A stretch of DNA of 64,000 bases, taken from contig JBCCSU010000001.1 of the NCBI GenBank assembly GCA_039199635.1, positions 72-64,071 on the forward strand, read 5' to 3'. Position 1 is the stretch's first letter. Each line of letters opens with the position of its first letter. A program made the position numbers and the translations under genes. Below are positions 17,420 through 28,243 of this stretch, piece after piece. Below the pieces are notes generated by a model. The model was not told the origin of the DNA. It worked only from the letters and a program-made list of their open reading frames with translations, and made no database searches. The DNA comes from Bacteroidota bacterium. GTDB taxonomy: Bacteria; Bacteroidota; Bacteroidia; Cytophagales; Cyclobacteriaceae.

Positions 17420-18004
17420 CTAACCTTCATAAATCAGCTTGGCTTCCGCGATCTTCGCAGAAATATCTGATTCTTGTTTATAATATCTGTAATCGTTATT
17501 AAATCCACCCTCGGGCTTATCTCCAATGATATAGTGTTTTACCGTCAAATTATCAGGAGCATTAAGAATGATCTGATCGGAGACCCTCACCCTTTTATCT
17601 TGTAGCGCATCGGTACTTTTTTCCATTTTTGAAATAACAATAAGCTTATTTCCGGTAGCATATACCTTTTGAATTTCCAGCTCATGCATGTACTCGGAAA
17701 CTTCCGCCTCCACTCGTATCGTGCGTTCCTCTACCTCACCAGCAGAATTTGGCAGATCTACCTCTAAATAGGGTACTTCTACTTCCTCTTCCTCCATCAC
17801 TACCATTACCTTAGGTACTTTTACGGTTTTGGTACGTGTGCCTACATTCACTTTTGCCCAGTCTACATTGTATTCAGGAAGCTCACCCGACTCCGCTTGT
17901 ACGTCCACGTCTATTTCCGGTAATTCGCCGGATTCTGTCTTCTCAACGGTGCAACTGAACATACTTACAGCTGCAATGCATAGTATAGAATTTATAGTCT
18001 TCAT
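17420..18004 (-). CDS. Hypothetical lipoprotein
   Basis: Lipobox MFSC; repeated ESGELPE motif. Confidence 0.7.
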   Translation of the reverse strand: MKTINSILCIAAVSMFSCTVEKTESGELPEIDVDVQAESGELPEYNVDWAKVNVGTRTKTVKVPKVMVVMEEEEVEVPYLEVDLPNSAGEVEERTIRVEAEVSEYMHELEIQKVYATGNKLIVISKMEKSTDALQDKRVRVSDQIILNAPDNLTVKHYIIGDKPEGGFNNDYRYYKQESDISAKIAEAKLIYEG

Positions 18005-18034
18005 TATTATTTGTTTTATAGTTATCGTAAAAAA

Positions 18035-18829
18035 TTAGCTTACCGTTATTTGTGCGTATTTGGCCTTCACAAACATAAATACCCCGTAGGCGGCCTATCC
18101 AAGAGCTACCACTATGAGCACTACTGTACCAAATTCATCTTGCACAAAAGTTAAAGCTTGTTTGGTACCTCCGGCTTTATTAGCGTTGGCGTTAATAGCG
18201 GCATTAAAAAGAAAATAGGCAATAAGACCAATGACCACTCCTCTGGCGGTAAAACCTATTTTACCCGTTCTAACCAAGAGGCTTTTGGCACTTGAATCCA
18301 AACTAGAGCTTTCTACCTTCTCTTTGTAATTATCGGAATAAGCTAAATAAAATTGATAGATAGCTTTCCCTAGGAAAATAGCACCTATTATGCCCACCAT
18401 AATCTGGCCGAAGGGCTGATCTAACAAAGTAGCAATAGCAGATTCCTTGCCACCGCTTCCACCCGAGGATGATGATGACCCTCCTAAAGCAGAGCTTAGT
18501 GACAATACAGCTAAGCCACCATATACTAATCCACTAATGGCATATCCCATACGAACAGCCAAGCCCTTGGCATCATTACCCTGATCTTCAGGATCAGTTA
18601 TCGCTTGGTAGAGTCTCCAAAACATGTATCCAAATAAACCCAGGGCAGTAACGACTAATAAAATTTGTCCAAAAGTTTGCTGTGATAAATAGGCTAAAGC
18701 GCCTGAACTACCGGTTTTTTTACCGCCGATTCCTATGGAAGTCATTGCCGCTAAACCACCTATTAGTATATAGACAAAACCTTTAGTGGCTATTCCGAAT
18801 CGCGCAAATTTTTCTCTCTTGCTGCTCAT
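18035..18829 (-). pseudogene. DUF1206 membrane protein with an in-frame TAG near the C-terminus
   Basis: ARFGIATKGFVY repeats typical of DUF1206; the frame continues after the TAG at 18095-18097 as AAYGVFMFVKAKYAQITVS to TAA at 18035. Confidence 0.7.
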
Positions 18830-18831
18830 AA

Positions 18832-18987
18832 TTATCGGCTTAAGACGTAAAAGGCGTGAATAATACCCGGCACTATTCCCAAAATGGTTAACAAGAGATT
18901 TATCAAAAAATCGCTGGATAACCCTTTGCCTAATGCTACGGCTAGGGGTGGTATAAATATGGCGAGTACGATCTGTATAATGCTCAT
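18832..18987 (-). CDS. YqaE/Pmp3 family small membrane protein (not in the ORF track)
   Basis: MSIIQIVLAIFIPPLAVALGKGLSSDFLINLLLTILGIVPGIIHAFYVLSR. Confidence 0.9.
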   Translation of the reverse strand: MSIIQIVLAIFIPPLAVALGKGLSSDFLINLLLTILGIVPGIIHAFYVLSR

Positions 18988-19198
18988 GTTAATCTCATAT
19001 TCTAACTGCGATCAGTCAAAGACCGTGCAGTTGCTTTAATACTTTAGAAAGGGCAAAAATTAAAATCAATATGTGTACTTTCTTACCCAATATGGGGTGG
19101 ATATACGGGTTGCATTACCTCATTTGTCAAACAAGTTTTATTTTCACAAAGGCGTAGAGCGTTATTGCCTTGGCATGATTCTACCTATCAGTTAAAAG

Positions 19199-22100
19199 AT
19201 GAAACGAAGACTTCTATTTAAACTCAGGTACCAGCGCCGCACGCGCACTTCACGTTTCATCTTTGCCATTGTACTTACTGCCGTAGTTGTACTCGCTACT
19301 TTATTGGCCTACAGTACGATTATAGAACAATATGCTAATAAAGTAGTGGCCCAGTCCATTCGGGACCTTGTTGAGCGCCAGTCTCAGGGAAAATACGTGA
19401 TGAACTATGACAGCCTGGCCATAGATGTGTGGAACAGTAGAGTTTTTATTGATCATTTTAAGCTCGATATTGATCGCCTGAAAGGTCAAGAGGAAGTACC
19501 GCACAAGACCTTTCAAACTAGTATTGTCTCAGTGCAACTCAATGTAGACGGTTTATGGCGGCTTTGGCTGGACGATGTGATGCGCATTCAAAAGGCTATC
19601 CTAACCCAACCTAAAATACAGATCACTGAACCGGCGAAATCACAAACCAGAAAATTAGCCGCTGAAACGGGTGATTTGATCAGTCAGTTAAATGAACATC
19701 TTGATATTTTAAACATCAAGGAATTACAGATCAACAATGCGGCACTTAGCTTTTTTAGGCAGAGTCCGGAGGGGCCAATACTGCGGCTTAAAATCCCGGA
19801 TCTCTCGCTACAACTCGCCGGATTTTTATGGCAAGTGGACCAAGCCATTAACAAAGCGGAAAGTGAAGTTTTATTTATTTCAATTAAGGATCAGGAGTTT
19901 GTGTTACCTGATTCCAGTGCCAGCCTTCGTGTAGATAGTATGAGCTACTCGCTTAGTAAAAATGAGTTGAATTTATCTAATGCAGAAATCCAAACGCTGA
20001 CTACGCAAGACACCGAAGACTCATCAAAGTTGAAATTTGAAAACTTGGTGTTTTCAGGTATCAATTTACAGCAGGCGTATGAACAAAATACCCTGGCCAT
20101 AGATTCCGTACAGCTTATTAATCCTGATGCGCTATTACATTCACAGATATTGCCAGGTCAAAAGGCTATTCAGCGTTCTAATCCGTCTACCTCCATCATT
20201 GACAGCTTATCCATCGGCAAAATTAAAATAGTAAAAGGCGAGTTTGACATCACCTTACCCTTTGCACAATATGGCTTTCTTTTGAGAGTCAATAAATTCA
20301 ATGCAGAACTTCAAAACCTCTCCATAGGGGGTGAAGTAGCCGAAAATGTTAGCTATGATCAAATCAAATTCAATCTACAAAACGTGAATGGCTCCACCCA
20401 AGATAGTACACATAGTGTTATTGTCAAGCTCATAAATTATGATCAAGAGCTTAAAAAACTAACGGTAGATTCTCTGGAAGTACGGCCTAATAAAACGAGT
20501 TCCGATGGTACCTTAACAGCTTCTATTCCCTCGCTGGAACTTACAGGAATAGATCAAACAGATTTCCAGAACAATAGGCTTGAACTGTCCGAACTTGTAG
20601 TGACCCGACCTGATATTGAAGTGAGTATGGCTTTTACAGCGACATCTGCTAATGCTGATGCCAAATCCAAAACTGATTTTCCCTTATCTATTAAAAGAGT
20701 AAGAGTAGAAAAGCTCAATGGATCTTTTGAAGATAATTCTCAATCTGCCTCTATTCGTGATGGTGATATTAACCTATCTAATTTTGATCTAGCGTCAATG
20801 CTGGATAGTGCAAGAAATGGATTGAAAGATCTCAATTATCAACTTTTCTTTACGGAATTAAGGTATGGTAATACAAATAGCCGCTTAAATGCCAGGTTAG
20901 AAAACCTTCGGGGATCCTCAAATTCGCGAACTATAAAATCCAGCAGAGTAGCGCTAAATAGTGCTGGTTTCTACCTGGAAATGCAGCGGGTAGCATTGAG
21001 CAATGAAAAGCCCTGGTCTGCTACCAAATTGGATAGTATCCATTTAGACTTTTTGGTATTTAGCGATTACTCGCTGGAGCTAAAGCCAGTAGCAGAAAAG
21101 CAAAACGCTAAATCGCCTGTTTTTGAGATTGATTCCGTTTTTGCGGTTAATGGCAGCACATCCTATTCAGGCTCGGATTCCAGTCGATTTAATGTACTGA
21201 TCCCAAAGCTCAAGCTTAAAGATGTCACTCTATCCGCCGATAACCTAGCCTTGAACTATTATGATCTTCTGCTGAGAGATCTGGAAATATCTAAGCCAGG
21301 GTTAACGCTACGGCTCGATCAGTTAAACGCCAATGCTTCTACCCAGAAAACAATATTTGAAAATCTATTTCTGAAACAGCAAAGGAAAAGGCTGATCACA
21401 GAAGCGCGTTTAGATCGTCTTATACTATCTGATACTAAATTTAACCGGCTTTCAGCATTCCAGGATAGGATTGAGCTTGGAAAATTGATGGGCAGTGGCG
21501 TAAAAGTAACGCGGGCCGGGCAAAGCGATAGTGACCGTAGGAAAGTGAATCTGGATACTCTTTGGCCTAAAGAGCTTCCTGAACTAAGCGTGGAGCAACT
21601 TGAGATCAGGGATATAGCTTATGAAAGTAATGTGGACGACATCTATCAAAAGTTATACGATACCCAATTCATGTTCGATAATATCTTGCTTTCAGCTCAG
21701 GATGATCTAAGACTGTCACCGCCTGACTATTTTCTCTTTGCCGAGCGTATAAACGGAAGTATAGCAAAGTTTGAACAGCAAGGGAATAACCAGACATTAA
21801 ATGTGTCTAATATCCGGATAGATAGCGATGTTACCACCGGGCAAATCACCTTCCTTGATGTTGAAAAAGATACGAGTCGTGTAGAAATGGACAGCCTTTT
21901 TATCCGTCACATCTTCTACAATGATTTATTTAGGGATCAGCTGGTTAAAGCTGAAGAAGTGAGTGTTTATCAGCCTTTAATCTATGCCACGATCAATGCA
22001 TCAGGAAATGAACGGTCAAAAAGTTCCCCTGCCTTTTCATTTGAACAATTGCATATTCACAACGCCGTCATTGATATTACCTCTGCGGATAAGGAGCGGC

Positions 22101-23236
22101 TACAATTAGCGCCGGTGGATATGGAACTTCGTGGTTTTTACTACGACTCTCTCGTAGACTTCAATAAAACCTTAGTTCCTGCTGAAGCCATTAATTTGAG
22201 TACCTATGATCTTACTTTCACCACGGGTGATGGGTTGAATAAGGTGTTTATTGATAAAATTAACCTGACTAATAAAAATAATGAGGTAGATATACAGAAC
22301 ATCAGGTTCAAACCTCAACTCACCCGAGAAGATTACACGCTAGCTGTGGGAGTAGAAACGGACTGGATAGAAGGTCAGATCCCGGAAATTCAGCTTATAG
22401 GTCTTGATTATCGTCAATTTTTAAAAGAACGGGCGATTATTGCTTCCCAAATAAGAATCAATCAACCGGAACTAAACGTCTATCGCGATAAAAATTTTAT
22501 TAACCCCCCGGCTGTCGGTAAGTCATTACCTCAAACACTTTTGAAAGATCAGGAAATAAAGATTGGCCTCGATTCTATTTTAATTATTGACGGCACCATT
22601 CGCTATTCAGAAGTTCCTGAAAAGGGAACTAAGGCAGGCACCATCAGTTTTGGTCAGTTGAATGCTAAGATGGAGAATGTTACGAATTTGCCAGACCGTA
22701 TAAATCAAAATTCTGTTATGCAAACCCGCATAAAATCGTCGGTGATGGATCAGATTCCAGTAACTGTGGCTATTAATTTTCACTTGGATAGTGAGCTTAA
22801 TAAATTCGAACTATCGGGTGAGGTTCCACCCCACTCCATGACGCTATTTAATCCTTTTACTGAAGATGGCGCGTTTTTAAAAATTAAAAGTGGTAACTGC
22901 CGAAGCTTGGAGTTTTCAGCTGTAGCCGATGATAATGTGGGGTACGGCAGTATGTATTTTCAATACAATGATTTTAAGGTGGCATTAGTGGATAAAAAGA
23001 CTGCCAACACCAAAAAAATCGAGGAGTCCATAGCATCATTCATGGCTAATACGTTCATTGTAAAAAAGCGCAACCTCGCCATTCTTAAACTCCGCGAAGG
23101 CGATATTTTCTTTGAGCGAAACAAGAACAAATCCATATTTAATTACCTCTCAAAACTTTTTACCAGTGGTGTGGCGAGCAGTGTAGGTTTAAAAAACCAT
23201 AAGAAGGACTTAAAGCAATTGCACGAGGGTAGATAA
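19199..23236 (+). CDS. Large AsmA/DUF748-like repeating-beta protein with N-terminal membrane anchor
   Basis: One N-terminal TM, repeated IDSVQLINP-type strands; C-terminus paralogous to 40068-41627. Confidence 0.7.
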   Translation: MKRRLLFKLRYQRRTRTSRFIFAIVLTAVVVLATLLAYSTIIEQYANKVVAQSIRDLVERQSQGKYVMNYDSLAIDVWNSRVFIDHFKLDIDRLKGQEEVPHKTFQTSIVSVQLNVDGLWRLWLDDVMRIQKAILTQPKIQITEPAKSQTRKLAAETGDLISQLNEHLDILNIKELQINNAALSFFRQSPEGPILRLKIPDLSLQLAGFLWQVDQAINKAESEVLFISIKDQEFVLPDSSASLRVDSMSYSLSKNELNLSNAEIQTLTTQDTEDSSKLKFENLVFSGINLQQAYEQNTLAIDSVQLINPDALLHSQILPGQKAIQRSNPSTSIIDSLSIGKIKIVKGEFDITLPFAQYGFLLRVNKFNAELQNLSIGGEVAENVSYDQIKFNLQNVNGSTQDSTHSVIVKLINYDQELKKLTVDSLEVRPNKTSSDGTLTASIPSLELTGIDQTDFQNNRLELSELVVTRPDIEVSMAFTATSANADAKSKTDFPLSIKRVRVEKLNGSFEDNSQSASIRDGDINLSNFDLASMLDSARNGLKDLNYQLFFTELRYGNTNSRLNARLENLRGSSNSRTIKSSRVALNSAGFYLEMQRVALSNEKPWSATKLDSIHLDFLVFSDYSLELKPVAEKQNAKSPVFEIDSVFAVNGSTSYSGSDSSRFNVLIPKLKLKDVTLSADNLALNYYDLLLRDLEISKPGLTLRLDQLNANASTQKTIFENLFLKQQRKRLITEARLDRLILSDTKFNRLSAFQDRIELGKLMGSGVKVTRAGQSDSDRRKVNLDTLWPKELPELSVEQLEIRDIAYESNVDDIYQKLYDTQFMFDNILLSAQDDLRLSPPDYFLFAERINGSIAKFEQQGNNQTLNVSNIRIDSDVTTGQITFLDVEKDTSRVEMDSLFIRHIFYNDLFRDQLVKAEEVSVYQPLIYATINASGNERSKSSPAFSFEQLHIHNAVIDITSADKERLQLAPVDMELRGFYYDSLVDFNKTLVPAEAINLSTYDLTFTTGDGLNKVFIDKINLTNKNNEVDIQNIRFKPQLTREDYTLAVGVETDWIEGQIPEIQLIGLDYRQFLKERAIIASQIRINQPELNVYRDKNFINPPAVGKSLPQTLLKDQEIKIGLDSILIIDGTIRYSEVPEKGTKAGTISFGQLNAKMENVTNLPDRINQNSVMQTRIKSSVMDQIPVTVAINFHLDSELNKFELSGEVPPHSMTLFNPFTEDGAFLKIKSGNCRSLEFSAVADDNVGYGSMYFQYNDFKVALVDKKTANTKKIEESIASFMANTFIVKKRNLAILKLREGDIFFERNKNKSIFNYLSKLFTSGVASSVGLKNHKKDLKQLHEGR

Positions 23237-23246
23237 ACTTTAATTC

Positions 23247-23362
23247 TACTTTGTCATCTTGAAAATTTTGATTTGATTAATCCCGACCCCTAAAGGGTGT
23301 CAAATCAAAATTTAGCCTTCCCTTAAGGGAATTAAACGGTAAAAGGCTAAGATGATAAAGTA
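23247..23362. mobile_element. MITE-like cruciform repeat
   Basis: Terminal IR TACTTTGTCATCTT/AAGATGATAAAGTA (13/14); internal hairpins AAATTTTGATTTGA/TCAAATCAAAATTT and TTAGCCTT/AAGGCTAA; CCCCTAAAGGG core. Confidence 0.6.
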
Positions 23363-23471
23363 AGATTAAAATGCGCCCATCGATCTAGTGAAAAGAGAAT
23401 TAAAGCCTAAAAGGAATCCGATGGCTCTTTGGATTATAGACTAGCTCGCCAAAGCGTAATCTCGTCCATTA

Positions 23472-24296
23472 CTAGTCCAACTTATAGGTTAGTGCTATGC
23501 CATGTGCATTTCCGGTTATGAAGTTCCAGGATAACTTTTTATCCATATCCACATCTCTCACCTTATGTAACTGCGGTACCAGAATACCATTTAAGGCCCC
23601 AATCAAAGAACCCACAGCCACATCGGTGGGAAAGTGTTTACCTGCCTGCACCCTCAAATAGGCATTCGCGAAAGTAGCTACTGCTGCACCACCATACATG
23701 GCCCAATGCAGTCCTTTTCGATCGGGGTAATAATCGGATACTACTTTAGCTGCAAAGAACATGGAGGTTGCCGTTACGGAAGGGTGTCCTCCGAAAAATG
23801 AATTTTTAGCATTTCCTTCCGCACGCTCATCAAAAGGTGCGGATTCATCATAGGCCAGTGGCCGATACTTGTCTACATTAGTGGCGGTGGTGGTATACAT
23901 GGTACCGGTAAGCCCTAATGCCTGAATATACATCACACTTATTCTGCCTTTATCTCTCCAGATATTCTTATCCAATAGTACCAAAAACGGTAATGGCATG
24001 GATCCGTAGAAGAGAATATCGCTGGTTTTACTAGCACTTTCCGAATAGCGAGGCCCACCATTTCTATTGATACGGCTCACATCATTCTGATAATTGAGAT
24101 TCACAATTTCCAATGAATCGGAATCAGACTTTTGAGTGAGCCTATAGAAACCGTAAGCGGTAACCGCCGCACCGGCCACAGCCAGCGGTACGTCTATTTT
24201 CTTATTGAGCTTGTAGGGTGATAGCCGTTCCTGACGTTGTCCAAAGGCCGTAAAAATGATTGATAAGCCGAGCAAAAGAGTAAAAATAGTTCTCAT
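23472..24296 (-). CDS. PAP2-family phosphatase
   Basis: KYRP, SFFGGH, RVQAGKHFPTDV. Confidence 0.88.
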   Translation of the reverse strand: MRTIFTLLLGLSIIFTAFGQRQERLSPYKLNKKIDVPLAVAGAAVTAYGFYRLTQKSDSDSLEIVNLNYQNDVSRINRNGGPRYSESASKTSDILFYGSMPLPFLVLLDKNIWRDKGRISVMYIQALGLTGTMYTTTATNVDKYRPLAYDESAPFDERAEGNAKNSFFGGHPSVTATSMFFAAKVVSDYYPDRKGLHWAMYGGAAVATFANAYLRVQAGKHFPTDVAVGSLIGALNGILVPQLHKVRDVDMDKKLSWNFITGNAHGIALTYKLD

Positions 24297-24319
24297 AAAT
24301 AGTGTTTTAGCACAGCAAG

Positions 24320-24334
24320 GCTAAAATGATGCCT
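24320..24334 (-). promoter_or_regulatory. Sigma54-type promoter
   Basis: AGGCATCATTTTAGC on the minus strand (GG-N10-GC). Confidence 0.55.
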
Positions 24335-24433
24335 TCACCTGAAAAACGTTATTGAGATGGATTAACAGCCATTTTTGACCCAAAGTGTACCCAATTTGAG
24401 GAGTATTTTCTACCTTACACCATGATTTAGAAG

Positions 24434-25207
24434 CTATTTGAACTGCAAAGAAAAGGTAGCGCCAACATAATCAGAGGAGGCAGCCGGAAGCAGAAGTGCA
24501 GTACTCCTATTCCTCCGTTTTTTCTTTCTGCCAAATACGTGGGTCAGGTAACTTATTTCAGTAGAGAGGATGCCCACGGCAGCTCCTATCAGGACATCCG
24601 GAGCCCAATGTTTATCATTTAATATTCGATAAGCGCCAGTAACCGTAGCCATACTATAACCCGCTACAGAATACCAAATACTTTTATGCCCATATTCACG
24701 GTGTAAAAACTGAGCGCCCAAAAAAGCTTGTGCTGTGTGCAATGAAGGCATAGAAGCGGAGCTGCTGCCATCAGGCCTGCGGACTCGGGTAATACCCTTT
24801 GCCGGGAAGGTAACGGCCATGGCAAACAGATTGGCTTTTAAAAATAGAAGGCTTCTGTCCTTAAGGCTGTTTTTGGCCTTGTTACCCAACGGATCCATAA
24901 TAAATACAGCGGCAGGAGGAACGTATCTCAGATAATCGTCTAGGGAAGAGGAAAAATCAGGATATTGCTCCCGCACTTTGGACTGTATGTCATATTTGGT
25001 TAGGACATTATTATCAGTAGAAATGAGTAAACCGGTAGCGGTAAGCGCTAGCGGAATTTTGAGTGTTTTAACAACTGTTTTCTGGTGCCATTTTACAGGT
25101 GCTGAGGTAGTATCATGAACTTGTGCCGAGACTAATGAACGCTCGAAAAAGCAAAGGGCCATCAGCAAGACCAGAATACATTTAATATGATTCTTTTTAC
25201 CCACCAC
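24434..25207 (-). CDS. PAP2-family phosphatase
   Basis: KGITRVRRP, SMPSLH, RILNDKHWAPDV. Confidence 0.88.
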   Translation of the reverse strand: MVGKKNHIKCILVLLMALCFFERSLVSAQVHDTTSAPVKWHQKTVVKTLKIPLALTATGLLISTDNNVLTKYDIQSKVREQYPDFSSSLDDYLRYVPPAAVFIMDPLGNKAKNSLKDRSLLFLKANLFAMAVTFPAKGITRVRRPDGSSSASMPSLHTAQAFLGAQFLHREYGHKSIWYSVAGYSMATVTGAYRILNDKHWAPDVLIGAAVGILSTEISYLTHVFGRKKKRRNRSTALLLPAASSDYVGATFSLQFK

Positions 25208-25717
25208 CTATGAGTAAAAGACTTCCAGATCAAAATAGAAATAGGTAGCCATGCATAAACAGAGCAGCAGCAACATAATAATGAATGCCAGTGCTGCGTA
25301 ATTGAAGGGCTCTTTTTGTTCCACTTGGTCTCGCTGGAAATAGTAGGTTTGAAGCAACTTTAAATTGCGTTGATTCGCTTTAAACCAGATGTCAAACAAT
25401 GTTCCTAACCCTGGTATGGAACCAATTAACGCATCTAAAGAAGCATTAAAAAGCATTTTGGCGACCACCGTTTTACTTGCCCCATATTTGGACATCGTGT
25501 AAATAAGAAGCATGCTTATAATGTATGACGCTACATCTCCAAGCACAGGTACAAAACCTAAAATAGGATCTAGGCCAAACCTGATCTTAGTCCCCGGAAT
25601 ATTGAATTTAGTATCTAGTAGCGAGGTGATTTTCTCTACCCATTGTAGAGACACCTTTTGTTCCGGATTTAATTTTTCAATAGCCTCAGATCTATTTTTA
25701 TTTACTGGTATAGCCAT
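25208..25717 (-). CDS. DUF4112 membrane protein
   Basis: LLDTKFNIPGTKIRFGLDPILGFVPVLGD...FKANQRN. Confidence 0.88.
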   Translation of the reverse strand: MAIPVNKNRSEAIEKLNPEQKVSLQWVEKITSLLDTKFNIPGTKIRFGLDPILGFVPVLGDVASYIISMLLIYTMSKYGASKTVVAKMLFNASLDALIGSIPGLGTLFDIWFKANQRNLKLLQTYYFQRDQVEQKEPFNYAALAFIIMLLLLCLCMATYFYFDLEVFYS

Positions 25718-25718
25718 C

Positions 25719-27458
25719 TTAATTAAAGTAAGCTTCTACCTCGTTTTTCAAATTCTGCCATTGTTTTTTGTCACCTCCCAAAGCTTGGATTATCTCTCTT
25801 ACTTTTGAGGTACCGAAACCTACTGCCTCTTCCACCCCTATTTTGGGAGGTAAGGAAAGCGCACCATCATTTACAATAGCATTAATCACAAAGGGAATGC
25901 GTGAATGCTTGGCTATTTCTAAAGATTTGGTTATCTCACTACTTTCATCCACACGAGCTCCGCCTCCTCCGCAGATGAAAGAAAATTTATCAAATTTTAA
26001 GTTTTCTACGTGCAGTGCATTCAGATTGGGTGCCAGCCCCGCTTCTTCCATTTCTATTTTGACGAATCCAAGTTGGCTATTGTTGAGGACTAATATTTTA
26101 ATAGGCAACTTATATTCCACGGCAGTCATGTAGTCATTCAAGGCCATATTAAAAGCTCCATCACCAACAATAGCCCATACCTCTCTATCCGGATATTGCA
26201 ATTGTGCTCCTATTGCCGCTGGCAGCCCTACAGCCATGGAACCATGATTAAAAGAACCAATAATTCTTCTATCATTTCTAAATGACATAAAGTTTGAACT
26301 CCATATAGCCGCGGTTCCAGTGTCGATAACGAAGATGGCGTTATCACTGGCTACTTTGTTCAACTCACCAGCAAAAATTTCAGGATGAAGCGGCTGTAAG
26401 TCCCTCTTAGGATCAGCTTTTTTGGTCATGGATCCTTTCCATTTATTAAATTCCGTTTGCCGCTCGGTAAGAAAAGTAGCATCTTCTTTCTCCTTTATAA
26501 AAGGTATAATATTGGCCAGTGTAGTTTTCATTGAGCCGTGAAGACCGAGAGTTACCGGGGTTCGGTTGCCAATATTTTCAGGGCGAACGTCTATTTGGAT
26601 AGTCTTAGTATTATCAGGCAGAAAATCGGTGTAAGGGAAGTCTGTTCCTAACATGATCAATAAGTCGGGTTCCATGATGCCCTTGTAGCCGGAGGGATTC
26701 CCAATAAGCCCGGAAAGCCCTACAACATTGGGTGTATCGTGATCGAAAATATCCGAAGCTCTTAAACTGTGTGTGATCGGTGCTTTAATTTTATTGGAAA
26801 GCTCTAGCACCTCAGCTCGGGCATTTCTACAACCGGCTCCAGCTAATATACCTATCGTATCGGCTTCATTAATCAACTTTGCGGCCTTCTCTAGTTCTTG
26901 CGAAGGGGGTATAATTACTGAGTTCGATCGAAAAACCTTATGAACAAATCCTTCGTTTTTCGCTCTCATTTTTGCGATGTCTGCCGGTAGCTCTATCCGG
27001 CATACGCATTTTTCATTCACAGCGATCCTGAGCGCCCGCAAAATGACCCTGGGGGCTTCTTCGGGTGATCGGACGATAGCTTGATGTTCACATACATCAT
27101 CATAGATCTTTTTTAGATCCACTTCCTGATGGTAGTTCGTACCCAGATGCTCCACAGGAATTTGTCCGGTAATAGCGAGAACAGGTGAGCGCTCTTTTTT
27201 TGCGTTATACAGGCCATTAATTAAATGGAGCGCCCCAGGACCTACTGTACTGGCGCACACGCCTAAGTTGCCATTAAGTTCGCCCTGGGCAAATGCAGCA
27301 TAAGCGGCATTACCTTCATGCTTCATTCGTATCCATTCGATGTCTTTGCGTTTGCCAATAGCGGAAACCAGCGGGTTGAGTGCATCTCCGGCTACCCCGA
27401 AAATTTGCTTTACGCCTTCATTGACCAGTATATTTAAAAGCTGTTCTGAAACATTCAT
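25719..27458 (-). CDS. TPP-dependent pyruvate oxidase/dehydrogenase (PoxB-like)
   Basis: IFGVAGDALN, HE, GPGALHLINGLY, HGSMAVGLP, TPP motif GDGAF...NN. Confidence 0.88.
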   Translation of the reverse strand: MNVSEQLLNILVNEGVKQIFGVAGDALNPLVSAIGKRKDIEWIRMKHEGNAAYAAFAQGELNGNLGVCASTVGPGALHLINGLYNAKKERSPVLAITGQIPVEHLGTNYHQEVDLKKIYDDVCEHQAIVRSPEEAPRVILRALRIAVNEKCVCRIELPADIAKMRAKNEGFVHKVFRSNSVIIPPSQELEKAAKLINEADTIGILAGAGCRNARAEVLELSNKIKAPITHSLRASDIFDHDTPNVVGLSGLIGNPSGYKGIMEPDLLIMLGTDFPYTDFLPDNTKTIQIDVRPENIGNRTPVTLGLHGSMKTTLANIIPFIKEKEDATFLTERQTEFNKWKGSMTKKADPKRDLQPLHPEIFAGELNKVASDNAIFVIDTGTAAIWSSNFMSFRNDRRIIGSFNHGSMAVGLPAAIGAQLQYPDREVWAIVGDGAFNMALNDYMTAVEYKLPIKILVLNNSQLGFVKIEMEEAGLAPNLNALHVENLKFDKFSFICGGGGARVDESSEITKSLEIAKHSRIPFVINAIVNDGALSLPPKIGVEEAVGFGTSKVREIIQALGGDKKQWQNLKNEVEAYFN

Positions 27459-27470
27459 AGTGTAGTGTTC

Positions 27471-28178
27471 TTATCTGTATTCAGGATTTTCAAATGCCCA
27501 TCTTTTTCCGCTGTCCCAATCGTTGCGAGAGTTACCGTACGCGGGATAGCCGGAATTGGCGTTAAGCATATTTGCCAAATGCATTAAATTATACGTCATG
27601 AAGGTGGTGTTTCTATTGGTGAATTCACTCTTCTGCGCGTTGGATTCTTTATCAAGATAGCTGGGGCCTGGCCCTATTTCTCCCAGCCAACCACAATCGG
27701 CCTGAGGAGGAATAGAAAATCCTAGATGTTGAAGTGCGTAAAGTATGCCCTGTGCACAATGTTTAGCACCATCTTCGTTTCCCGTAATTACACAACCTCC
27801 CACTTTGCCATAATAGGAGTATTGGCCTTTGTCATTCTGTTTGGCACTCATAGCGTAAAGTCGTTCAATGAGCTGAGTGCAGACTGAACTTCGTTCTCCA
27901 AGCCAAATTGGAGTACCGATCACCAATATATCGGTATTGGCCACTTTCTTATAGATCTCGGGCCAGTCATCCGAATCCCATCCATGCTCCGTCATATCAG
28001 GCTGAACACCCTTGGCTATATCATGGTCCGCCATCCTTAAATAGTCAACCTGTACCTTTTCTTTTGCCATGATTTTCATGGAGACATCTATTAGACCCTT
28101 AGTATGACTTTCTTGTGGACTTCTTTTAAGAGTACAGTTTATGAATAAGGCTTTTAAATTTTGGAAGGAAGTGGACAT
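27471..28178 (-). CDS. Flavodoxin-family NAD(P)H-dependent oxidoreductase
   Basis: INCTLKRSP..SHT, GTPIWLG, ITGNEDG. Confidence 0.85.
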   Translation of the reverse strand: MSTSFQNLKALFINCTLKRSPQESHTKGLIDVSMKIMAKEKVQVDYLRMADHDIAKGVQPDMTEHGWDSDDWPEIYKKVANTDILVIGTPIWLGERSSVCTQLIERLYAMSAKQNDKGQYSYYGKVGGCVITGNEDGAKHCAQGILYALQHLGFSIPPQADCGWLGEIGPGPSYLDKESNAQKSEFTNRNTTFMTYNLMHLANMLNANSGYPAYGNSRNDWDSGKRWAFENPEYR

Positions 28179-28243
28179 AAGAGTTTCAATTTATTTGAAT
28201 GTAATTATCGAGTGTTCTTTAAATAATCAGTTTACCGAACTGG

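Noticed and set aside
18095-18097. Stop-codon reassignment or pyrrolysine
   Set aside because: Single instance; other genes terminate at TAG; no pyl genes seen
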